Assembly: GCA_040903985.1 (NCBI GenBank)
Contig: JBBDUI010000002.1
Coordinates: 104,204 to 168,203 of the forward strand
Source of the DNA: Candidatus Saccharimonadales bacterium
GTDB lineage: Bacteria > Patescibacteriota > Saccharimonadia > QS-5-54-17
Direction of reading: 5' to 3'
DNA: 64,000 nt
Shown here: piece after piece, positions 27,581 through 36,327 of the stretch
How positions within the stretch are numbered: the stretch's first letter is position 1
How the letters are laid out: each line of letters begins with the position of its first letter
Notes under the pieces: generated by a model
What the model saw: the letters and a program-made list of their open reading frames with translations, nothing else
The model's database searches: none
Told to the model about the DNA's origin: nothing
Position numbers and translations under genes: made by a program

Positions 27581-28594
27581 ATGGAGACAACCGCTACCCC
27601 TGCGCTCAACATCCAGCAAATTGCTGCCAACATCCTCGACACCATCGATAAAGAACGCGAACGAGAAATCATCACGCGACGCTTCGGCCTGCATGGTCGC
27701 AAGGAGACTCTAGAGGAGATAGGTAATCTGCTTGGCATCACCCGTGAACGCGTACGCCAGATCGAAAAACAGGCGCTCGATAAACTACAGCAGATCGAAC
27801 ACCCATATCGCGAAACCCTAGAGCAGCACTTTACTGCCGCTCTAGAAGCCCTGGGTAGAATTGCCCCCTTGCATGAAGTAAGCGCCCACTCAGGCACCGA
27901 GGATCACGCCCACGTCAACTTCTTGGCACACCTGATTCCAGAAGTAGCCGTCATCCCAGAAAACGATCATTTCTACCACAGTCTAGCTCTGAGTTCACAC
28001 CACGACGTTAAAAGCGTTAAACAGCTCCACGATGAGTTAATTAAAACCGTCAAACAACACAAACAACCGCTCAGCCTGTCTGAACTGCACCAGAGCTTCG
28101 GCCAAGACATAGAGGAGCACCACCTCCACGGTCTAGCCCGCTCCAGTAAACTGCTGGCCACCCTAGATGAGCGCTGGGGGCTAGCCAGTTGGCCTCAGGT
28201 CAACCCGAAAAGCATTCGAGATAAAATCTATATTATACTGCAGCGCGAACAGAAGCCGATGCACTTTAGCGACATTGCTGAGAACATCAAGAACTCCGAT
28301 TTTCGGCGTAAGAACGTGACCACCCAAGCCATCCATAACGAATTAATCAAGGACAAGCGTTTCGTCCTAGTCGGACGGGGAATTTATGCCTTAAACGAGT
28401 GGGGCTTCAGTAAAGGAACAGTAGCCGACGTGATCGAGAAGGTGCTGAGCGAAGAGTCACCACTACACCGAGATGAGATAATCCAGCGTGTTTTAAAACA
28501 ACGCCATGTAAAACCGACGACAATTATACTAAACTTACAAGGGAAGGAGCAATTTAAGCGAGTGGCCAAAGCCACCTACGCTTTAGCTGAATAA
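27581..28594 (+). CDS. Sigma-70 region-4-like HTH plus C-terminal HARE-HTH domain protein
   Basis: N-terminal EIITRRFGLHGRKETLEEIGNLLGITRERVRQIEKQALDKL (sigma r4). C-terminal MHFSDIAENIK...RFVLVGRGIYALNEWGF (HARE-HTH as in RNAP delta). Confidence 0.6.
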   Translation: METTATPALNIQQIAANILDTIDKEREREIITRRFGLHGRKETLEEIGNLLGITRERVRQIEKQALDKLQQIEHPYRETLEQHFTAALEALGRIAPLHEVSAHSGTEDHAHVNFLAHLIPEVAVIPENDHFYHSLALSSHHDVKSVKQLHDELIKTVKQHKQPLSLSELHQSFGQDIEEHHLHGLARSSKLLATLDERWGLASWPQVNPKSIRDKIYIILQREQKPMHFSDIAENIKNSDFRRKNVTTQAIHNELIKDKRFVLVGRGIYALNEWGFSKGTVADVIEKVLSEESPLHRDEIIQRVLKQRHVKPTTIILNLQGKEQFKRVAKATYALAE

Positions 28595-31254
28595 TGAATG
28601 TAATTTTCGAGATTATCTTTACGCTCATCCAATTCCTGGGCCGCCTACTGTTTGACTGGAATGGCTGGATTCTAGTAGTGGGCATTCTAGCTTACCTAAT
28701 CTGGCAAAACACCCGCAAACAACGCTGGGTGAGTGACTCCAGCTATGCACTGCTAATGCTGGAGGTCCCGCGGGACAACGACAAGCGCGAACTGTCAGCC
28801 GAGCAGTTATTTGCCAGCCTACACGGTATCCTGCGCCCCAAGCAGGAGCTACTGCGTGAAGGAGCGATCCAGGAGCACATCAGTTTCGAAATCGCTTCGG
28901 TTGGACAGCGAATCCGTTTTTATATCTGGACGCCACACCACTTGAAAAACTTCGTCGAAGGACAGGTATATGCTCAGTACCCTAGCGTAAATATCCTCGA
29001 GATTACCGAAGATTACGCCCGGACCGAGCAACCAGAGGACTCCTACACTCAGTCGGTCGAGCTAACGCTACAAAACAGCGACTACCTGCCAATCCGCACC
29101 TTTAATAGTTTCGAGGTCGACCCTTTAGGCGGGATTACCGCCGTACTAGCTAAGCTGGAAGAGAACGACGAGCAGGTCTGGATTCAGGTACTGGCCCGAC
29201 CATTAGAAGACAGCTGGCACCGCAAAGGTGAGGCCTTCATTAATAAGGTTAGAAATGGCCGAGCCGGTAGTAGTGATGTAGCTGGCGATTTCTTAGCCAG
29301 TTTGCAGCGACTACTACGAGATTTCTTCGTAGCCCTCTGGCGACCACCGGAAGGTGATGGAGGGGCCGGAAAAAAACCGGAGATCTCCGATCAGCAAAAG
29401 GCGATGGCTCAAGCCGCCAGCGATAAGATCTCAAAATTAGGCTACGAGGTTACTATCCGCCTACTTCACACCGGTAACGACAAAAATCTGGCCCGACTAC
29501 GTATCCAGGCTTTAGTCGGCGCCTTCAAGCAGTTTAACGACACCACCAATAGCTTCAAGGTGAAGAAGACCTACTACCAGGATGATGCGCTCTCCCGCTA
29601 TAAGGCTCGCTTGTTTATTGATAAAGGTATTATCTTAAATATCGAGGAGCTAGCCAGCCTGTACCACTTACCTCATTCTAATGTCGAGACCCCTAGCATG
29701 GTCTGGGCTAATTCCCGTACAGCCGAACCACCATCAAATCTGCCCACCACTAAGGACGTACCGGGCGATCAGCTTAGCCCCTTGGGTACTACCAATTTCC
29801 GCGGCCACAACCGCCAGTTCGGCCTCAAGCGTAACGACCGTGGCCGGCACACCTACGTGGTAGGGCAGACCGGAACCGGTAAATCCTACTCCTTATTACT
29901 ACTCGCTCTCTCCGATATCTACCATGATCATGGCTTCGCTGTCATCGACCCCCATGGCGACCTTGCTACCGATGTCCTACGCTACATACCGGAACATCGA
30001 GTAAAAGATGTAGTCTATTTTAACCCTTCAGATACCGATTTTCCCATCGCTTTTAACCCACTAGAAGTCACCGATCCTAGCCTTAAAAACCACATCTCAT
30101 CAGAGGTAGTGGGCGCACTTAAACGTATGTTTGGCTACTCCTGGGGTCCCCGGCTTGAGTACATCTTACGCTATACGATCTTAGCCCTGTTAGATTCGCC
30201 TAATTCGACCCTACTAGGTATCACCCGTATGCTGACTGAGAAAGACTTCCGAGCCGATGTTATAGCCAAGGTAAAAGACCCGGTGGTACGTAACTTTTGG
30301 GTTAACGAATTCGCCTCATGGAACGAAAAGTTCGCCTCTGAAGCCGTAGCCCCAATCCTAAACAAGGTCGGTGCCTTCACCGCTAATCCCTTGATTCGTA
30401 ACATCATCGGTCAGCCGACCAGCGCCTTTAACGTGCGAGCCATGATGGATGAAGGCAAGATATTAATCGTTAACCTCTCTCGCGGTCAGGTAGGGGAGGA
30501 CAACGCTGCCACCCTGGGGGCTTTGATGGTGACGAAGATCCAGCTGGCAGCTATGTCTCGAGCTAGCATTGCCCGCATTGAAGACCGCCGGCCCTTCCAA
30601 CTCTACGTCGACGAATTCCAGAACTTTGCCACCGACTCCTTCGCCGTGATTCTATCCGAAGCACGCAAGTACGGCCTCAACCTAACCATCGCTAATCAAT
30701 ACATCTCACAGATGCCCCAAGAGGTGCGCGACGCCGTTTTCGGTAACGTCGGTAGTATCATATCCTTCCGAGTCAGTGCTGATGATGCACCATATCTCGC
30801 CAAATACTTTGCGCCCACCTTCGAAGGGGAGGACCTGATTAAGCTTAATAACCGCCACTTCGTCATTAGTATGAGCATCGACGGAGAAAAAGTTCCGGCC
30901 TTTACCGCTCTCTCGCTCAATGTACCGGCCAGTGAGTCCGATTTTATCCCCCAGATTATCACTGAGACGCGTAATAACTTCAGTTCTTCCCGGGCCGATG
31001 TCGAGGCCCAGATCAACGCCTGGGCCGAGCCAAAGCGAGGCAGTGAAGGGGCCAGACAACCCCAAGCTCAAGCAAACGGTGGCCGTTCACCCCGTCATTC
31101 CCAGCAAAAGCCATCAGAGAAAGCTCAGCGCTCCACCAAACAGCCCCAGCACGTCCCCAAGACACAGTCCCACCGTACCACTCCGGCCACCGAACCGGCC
31201 CCGGATGGCAAGATCAACCATGGTGAGGTGATCCGGCTACGCAAACGTCCCTAA
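28594..31254 (+). CDS. Membrane-anchored HerA/FtsK/VirD4(TraG)-like P-loop NTPase (886 aa)
   Basis: Two N-terminal TM helices. Walker A VVGQTGTGKSYSL. Walker B LYVDEFQNF. Low-complexity basic C-terminus. TAATG start overlap with the upstream gene. Confidence 0.7.
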   Translation: MNVIFEIIFTLIQFLGRLLFDWNGWILVVGILAYLIWQNTRKQRWVSDSSYALLMLEVPRDNDKRELSAEQLFASLHGILRPKQELLREGAIQEHISFEIASVGQRIRFYIWTPHHLKNFVEGQVYAQYPSVNILEITEDYARTEQPEDSYTQSVELTLQNSDYLPIRTFNSFEVDPLGGITAVLAKLEENDEQVWIQVLARPLEDSWHRKGEAFINKVRNGRAGSSDVAGDFLASLQRLLRDFFVALWRPPEGDGGAGKKPEISDQQKAMAQAASDKISKLGYEVTIRLLHTGNDKNLARLRIQALVGAFKQFNDTTNSFKVKKTYYQDDALSRYKARLFIDKGIILNIEELASLYHLPHSNVETPSMVWANSRTAEPPSNLPTTKDVPGDQLSPLGTTNFRGHNRQFGLKRNDRGRHTYVVGQTGTGKSYSLLLLALSDIYHDHGFAVIDPHGDLATDVLRYIPEHRVKDVVYFNPSDTDFPIAFNPLEVTDPSLKNHISSEVVGALKRMFGYSWGPRLEYILRYTILALLDSPNSTLLGITRMLTEKDFRADVIAKVKDPVVRNFWVNEFASWNEKFASEAVAPILNKVGAFTANPLIRNIIGQPTSAFNVRAMMDEGKILIVNLSRGQVGEDNAATLGALMVTKIQLAAMSRASIARIEDRRPFQLYVDEFQNFATDSFAVILSEARKYGLNLTIANQYISQMPQEVRDAVFGNVGSIISFRVSADDAPYLAKYFAPTFEGEDLIKLNNRHFVISMSIDGEKVPAFTALSLNVPASESDFIPQIITETRNNFSSSRADVEAQINAWAEPKRGSEGARQPQAQANGGRSPRHSQQKPSEKAQRSTKQPQHVPKTQSHRTTPATEPAPDGKINHGEVIRLRKRP

Positions 31255-32090
31255 AATCAGGCTGAGTTCTAGAGAGTAGTAGTTAGGTAGCAGAGGTCTT
31301 ACATAACTAGAAAAGATAAACTTATAAGTTCTGGAACGTTAAGTTACGTCTCTACCCGGTCCTGAAGAAATCGATATTTTATAAGTGTGAGATACTATGA
31401 ATTGAGTGTATGGGTGTTTGTAATTTGTTCGGTTTCAGTAGAAATAGCTAATTTACAGGGGTCATCTGGCTGATTGGATCTAAAATGGCTATAGGGGTGG
31501 TCATCTGTTAATTATCAGGCGATTGAGACGCAGCGAAGACCCAAACAGATAATATAAACCCTAAGAGGCAGATTTGCTCGCCATAACGCATGGAAGCATA
31601 GCCAAGGTCCGAAGTGGTTAGGAAAGAGTGGAGTGGCTTGATTCGAACGGAGCATAATCCAGAAGAAAGGTCAGAGTGATCCGCCAGCCAGACGGAGAGA
31701 AGGTAAACTCGAACGTGAATGTAGTGCGTAATGCTACGTCGCACAATGTATATTTTGCGAAGCTTGAATATAGTGTCCATACACGACTCAATACACCTAG
31801 GCTCTAGGGCACTACCGACGAGAATAGGGGGCTGTTAAGCCTTTAACGCTCCTCCGGCAACTACACTGTAGTCTTTAACTCACTCCCTTAGTGGTCGCAC
31901 TGAGCTCTGAATTCAACTCGCGTAATAACCACTAGCCCCAGCCTGTAGCCTGACTACCCGCTGGGGCCTCAGGCACTGGGTAAAATGTGATGTACGTCAC
32001 AGTTTTCCACAGCTCGGAGTCAAATATACTATGACCATTTTATTTGACAACTACCCCCTTCTATCCTCTCCTACTCCCCCTCCCTTATAT

Positions 32091-32119
32091 TTGACACTAA
32101 CAATTTCTGTATTTATAAT
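32091..32119 (+). promoter_or_regulatory. Perfect-consensus sigma70-type promoter (TTGACA-17-TATAAT), oriented antisense to ftsQ
   Basis: ttgaca ctaacaatttctgtatt tataat. Exact hexamers with 17-nt spacing. Confidence 0.5.
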
Positions 32120-32191
32120 ATGTTTTTTCTGCACTTAGCCCATTAACGAAAAATATGAACAATAACCGAACAAAGGTAGGAGAGTGGGAGA

Positions 32192-32965
32192 CTAGCGCCA
32201 ATAGACCTTATACGGCAAGCGGACATCGATATACTGCCGAATGGTCTCGCCCTGTTCGGCCGCTTGAGCCTGTACGCGGGCGATATTGTCCAACTGCACC
32301 GCTATATCCTCTTGTGTGGCAAAACGAATCTGATAACCCGCCGCTAGAGTTACGTGTAGTTCGCTAGTCGTCTCGAGTACACGAAGCTCGGTCCAGTCTA
32401 GTCGGCTGTCGACAATCGCCTGGACAAAACTAATAAAGTTATCGGGTACAACCTGTCTCCCTAACTCCACCGGAAGATTAGCCGCATCCCGTACTAGCGG
32501 CAGCTCAGTTGATGCATCACGAGTGATAGCGACACCATTACGATCGAGCAAATAGACCTCTTCCCCACTCTGCCACTGTAGGCTGGGCTCATGTTCTACC
32601 GCAGTCAATTGGAGCGTACGCTGATGCCACTGTCGCTGTAACTCAAAAGCAGCGATGGAATCGCTATACTTACCAGCTAGCTCTTCCAAGGACGCTTCAC
32701 TCACCTGCCACTGAAAGTTAAATCGGCTTTCGGCTGTCACCTGCACCTCACGCTCGAGGTCAGGATCCAAATCACTGATCACCTCAATCGAAGTGATGAA
32801 GCTGTACCAGCCCACCAGCCCGAGCACTACTAAGAGCAAGACGGCGGCCGCTTGAGCCGGCCACGAGACGGAGCGTGAAGCTTTGGCCGCTGCCTTGCCC
32901 CGATGGTAGGTCGCTTGAAACTGGGGTTTGGCCTCTGGACTAGGACGGCGACGGGCGCGGGCCAT
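32192..32965 (-). CDS. ftsQ: Cell division protein FtsQ/DivIB-like (TM plus POTRA)
   Basis: Position after murG in the dcw cluster. N-terminal TM and extracytoplasmic domain. Weak sequence signature. Confidence 0.6.
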   Translation of the reverse strand: MARARRRPSPEAKPQFQATYHRGKAAAKASRSVSWPAQAAAVLLLVVLGLVGWYSFITSIEVISDLDPDLEREVQVTAESRFNFQWQVSEASLEELAGKYSDSIAAFELQRQWHQRTLQLTAVEHEPSLQWQSGEEVYLLDRNGVAITRDASTELPLVRDAANLPVELGRQVVPDNFISFVQAIVDSRLDWTELRVLETTSELHVTLAAGYQIRFATQEDIAVQLDNIARVQAQAAEQGETIRQYIDVRLPYKVYWR

Positions 32966-34059
32966 TACTCTTCACCTTCTGCCGAGTAGGGCTCTAATAC
33001 CATGGTAGCAATCCGCTCAGCCGCATCAGCGCGGGCAAAAGCTGAGATACGCTCCTGTAGTTGAGTCCGGTATCCACTGTCACTAGTCAGACGCTCCAAA
33101 GTATCAGCTAGATGCTGCGGGTCTAACTCACTCTGGGGTAGTAGTACAATAGCCCCATGTTCAGCAAGTGCTAAGGCATTCTGGTGTTGATGGTTACCGC
33201 TCAAACTAGGATGCGGTACGATCAAGCTAACCTTACGCAGAGCGGCCAGTTCCGCTAGCGTGTTAGCCCCAGCCCGAGCGATTACGACGTCAGCCAGCTG
33301 CAGAGCTGCTGCCATCTCTTCCAGTAGAAACGGATACTGGTGGTAGTGCGGTCTACTGAGTGCAGCCGTTTTATTATCCCCGGTGATATGAATGATCTCA
33401 AAACGATCAGTAATCTCAGCTAATCGAGTAACGCAGCTATTCAAACTCTCGGAGCCCAGACTACCGCCCACGGCTAAGATGACCGGTTTATCGCTAGCGA
33501 TACCGAAACTAGCCCGTGAGGGTGAGGCCGCTTCTAGCAGCTCGATGCGAATGGGATTACCTAAGTTCACGTAGCCGGGCAGCGGAAAACCACTGATTCG
33601 ATAGGGCGTCAGCCGAGATAGCAATCGGTTGGCCAGACCCGGAACCGAGTCTGACTCGTGGATTACAAAGGGAATACGTAAGCACCAGGCCGCTAAACCG
33701 ACCGGCACACCGACATAACCACCCTTGATGAAGATGCGCTCGGGCCGAAGGCGAATCAGCAAAGCCAGACTCTGTAGCAGACCGATACCGACCCGTACCA
33801 AATCACGCACGTTGAACCAAAGTGTCTTGAGATCAAGCCAACGCTGCCGCCGAGTGCGGTTATGATAACGGCGAACCTTACCGGCCTTGATCTGGTGAAG
33901 ATGAACGCCGCTTGAGGCCATCAGCTCTCGCTCCCGCCGTTCACCGAGGCCGATATAGTGAATATCTACCGTTTTAGCTTGAGATTTGAGGGCTCGGACG
34001 ACGGCTAGAATGGGTGTTATGTGCCCGCCGCTGCCCCCGCCTGCGACTACGATCCGCAT
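32965..34059 (-). CDS. murG: Undecaprenyldiphospho-muramoylpentapeptide beta-N-acetylglucosaminyltransferase MurG
   Basis: MRIVVAGGGSGGHITPILAV N-terminus. GT28 family. Confidence 0.9.
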   Translation of the reverse strand: MRIVVAGGGSGGHITPILAVVRALKSQAKTVDIHYIGLGERRERELMASSGVHLHQIKAGKVRRYHNRTRRQRWLDLKTLWFNVRDLVRVGIGLLQSLALLIRLRPERIFIKGGYVGVPVGLAAWCLRIPFVIHESDSVPGLANRLLSRLTPYRISGFPLPGYVNLGNPIRIELLEAASPSRASFGIASDKPVILAVGGSLGSESLNSCVTRLAEITDRFEIIHITGDNKTAALSRPHYHQYPFLLEEMAAALQLADVVIARAGANTLAELAALRKVSLIVPHPSLSGNHQHQNALALAEHGAIVLLPQSELDPQHLADTLERLTSDSGYRTQLQERISAFARADAAERIATMVLEPYSAEGEE

Positions 34060-35305
34060 GGGGTCTCCTTACTGTATATTTCGAAACATTTACTACGATA
34101 CCGAGAGCCGCCAGCATGAATACTAGACTACTGCCTCCATAACTGACGAACGGTAGTGGAATACCGGTTAAAGGTATAATACCAAGCATGGCCATCATAT
34201 TCACCGTTGCCTGCATTCCGAGCCAGACCGTAATACCCACTACCAGCAGTTGAGAAAACCGATCCGGAGCGTTCTCAGCCACGCGCAGCATCCGATAAAT
34301 CAGCAGACAGAAGAGGATGATTATAGTGCTGGCTCCGATAAAACCAAACATCTCACCGATAATAGCGAAGATCGAATCGTTAGCAGCCTCCGGTAAGTAA
34401 CCATAAACCTGAATACTCCGTCCCAAGCCTAAGCCGAAAAGACCACCGGAGCCGATAGCGATTAAGGCCTGATGTAAGTGATAACCGGTCTCAGCCAGAT
34501 TCTCGCTAGGACTGAAGAAGGTCCGGACTCGCTCCATCCGGTGGGGAAAAAGAACAATGTTAAGTAGCCCAAAGGCCGAACCTGCCCCGAGCAAGATAGC
34601 TAGCTGCTGCCAGCGCACCCCGCTCATAAAAAATACCGCCACCACGATACTAGAGATTACCAACATCGTACCCATATCTTTCTGGTGGATGAGCACAAAA
34701 ATCGAAACGATACCGAGCAAGATAACTACCGGCCAGAGCGTCAATTTATAGTTAGCCAACTCACTATCCTTCACCCGGGTAAACCAGCTAGCAACCAGGA
34801 CGGCAACGGTCAGCTTGATCAGTTCGGCCGGTTGAAAACTAAGCGGACCAAGACCTACCCAGCGTGTAGCGCCCTTCTCAGTGATAGCGACACCCGGAAT
34901 GAACATCAGTAGCAAAGCCACTCCGGTTCCGATTAGGAGTAACGGCAAGAGCTGAGTACGCCAGCGCGACCAGTGAATCCGACTAAAGATAAAAAAGGCT
35001 ACCAGAGCCACTCCGATATTACGTAGCTGGCCGTACATAAAGTAGTTGCGATTAACATCATCGACCAGCTTATGAGATAGAATCGGGCTAACAGCATAGA
35101 TGACAACTAGGCCCAGCAGGGTCAGAAGCAAAGTTATAAGGATTAGGCTGACGTCAGCCCGATGACGACGGCCCGCTCCAACTACCCCATCTGAACTACT
35201 GCCTCGTCTAATTAACTGGCGGGCAGAATAAGCAGGTTTCACAACTGTCCGCCGAGAACGGCTATCACCAATCCCAGCATGGCTAACATCGCTCCTAGAA
35301 TCCAA
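33974..35305 (-). CDS. ftsW: SEDS-family peptidoglycan glycosyltransferase FtsW
   Basis: ALIAIGSGGLFGLGLGRS and IFAIIGEMFGFIGA motifs. The start may be internal to the listed ORF. Confidence 0.85.
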   Translation of the reverse strand: MDSRSDVSHAGIGDSRSRRTVVKPAYSARQLIRRGSSSDGVVGAGRRHRADVSLILITLLLTLLGLVVIYAVSPILSHKLVDDVNRNYFMYGQLRNIGVALVAFFIFSRIHWSRWRTQLLPLLLIGTGVALLLMFIPGVAITEKGATRWVGLGPLSFQPAELIKLTVAVLVASWFTRVKDSELANYKLTLWPVVILLGIVSIFVLIHQKDMGTMLVISSIVVAVFFMSGVRWQQLAILLGAGSAFGLLNIVLFPHRMERVRTFFSPSENLAETGYHLHQALIAIGSGGLFGLGLGRSIQVYGYLPEAANDSIFAIIGEMFGFIGASTIIILFCLLIYRMLRVAENAPDRFSQLLVVGITVWLGMQATVNMMAMLGIIPLTGIPLPFVSYGGSSLVFMLAALGIVVNVSKYTVRRPHADRSRRRGQRRAHNTHSSRRPSPQISS

Positions 35306-36276
35306 AAACGCATCGTAACTTTAGTTTCTGGCCAGCCGATAGCCTCGAAATGGTGGTGTACCGGAGCGGAGAGGAAGATCTTTCGTTTAAAGATTTTCTT
35401 CGACATAATCTGAAGGCTACTGGAAGCGATCTCTAACACGAAGATACCGGCTATAATAGGTAGCAGCAGTACAGTGTCAGTTAAAAGCGCCACCACCGCC
35501 AGTGTAGTACCGAGAGCAAAAGAACCGACATCACCCATAAAGAAGCGAGCAGGATGGATGTTAAACCAGGTATAGGACAAGAGCGATCCGACCACGGTAG
35601 CACAGAAGATAGCGATACCGAAGTTACCCTGCACCATAGCGATAACGGTATAAACCATAAAGACTATGGCTAATAATCCACCGGCTAGCCCGTCAAGACC
35701 ATCGGTGATGTTGACCGCATTGGCGGTCGATACAATGACAAAGATGAAGAGCGGAATAATCAACCAGCCGAGCGAGATAGTATCAAAGAACGGCACTGAC
35801 AACGAAGTATAACCCAGCTTAGTGTAGGCATAAACACTTAAGACAGTGGCGATCGAGAGGATGAGACTGAATTTAATCGGTGTACGAAGCCCAGCCATAC
35901 CGGTGTTCTGGCCGCGGATGTTGATAAAATCGTCGATTAGCCCGACTCCCCCTGCCGTGATTAGAGCCGCCAGGGGTAGTAATGTCTGGGCCGTACTAAG
36001 GTTAAATAGCACCGTAATCAAGGAGATTGCTACCACCATGATCACACCGGCCATCGTCGGGATATGACGTTTGTGCTTAGCGGCGTGAAGCTTATGAAAA
36101 ACTGGTGCCTTCTCTCCAGTGGTGGCAGTGTCCCGAATTCGCTTCCAAGCTTTATACTTATAGGCTAGATGAGTATAGATAGGGGTTAGAGCCATTGAGA
36201 CCAGAAATCCGGCAAAAGCAGCCAAGGTAATCTCGAGTAATATAGGCTCTATGGAGGCGAAGTCTAAGTTTTGCAT
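35239..36276 (-). CDS. mraY: Phospho-N-acetylmuramoyl-pentapeptide transferase MraY
   Basis: NAVNITDGLDGLAGG motif. Polytopic. Confidence 0.9.
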   Translation of the reverse strand: MQNLDFASIEPILLEITLAAFAGFLVSMALTPIYTHLAYKYKAWKRIRDTATTGEKAPVFHKLHAAKHKRHIPTMAGVIMVVAISLITVLFNLSTAQTLLPLAALITAGGVGLIDDFINIRGQNTGMAGLRTPIKFSLILSIATVLSVYAYTKLGYTSLSVPFFDTISLGWLIIPLFIFVIVSTANAVNITDGLDGLAGGLLAIVFMVYTVIAMVQGNFGIAIFCATVVGSLLSYTWFNIHPARFFMGDVGSFALGTTLAVVALLTDTVLLLPIIAGIFVLEIASSSLQIMSKKIFKRKIFLSAPVHHHFEAIGWPETKVTMRFWILGAMLAMLGLVIAVLGGQL

Positions 36277-36327
36277 AATGTTGATTTTACTGCCTTACTA
36301 ATACCTGTTAATTATAACATAATTCGT

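Noticed and set aside
31255-32191. RNase P RNA, tmRNA or SRP RNA in the large gap
   Set aside because: Could not find the P4 GGAAAGTCCGGGC / ACAGAACCCGGC pair, tmRNA tRNA-like ends (GGGG...GGTTCGA..CCA), or the SRP GGAA/AGCA domain IV motif on either strand. Left as unclassified structured DNA.
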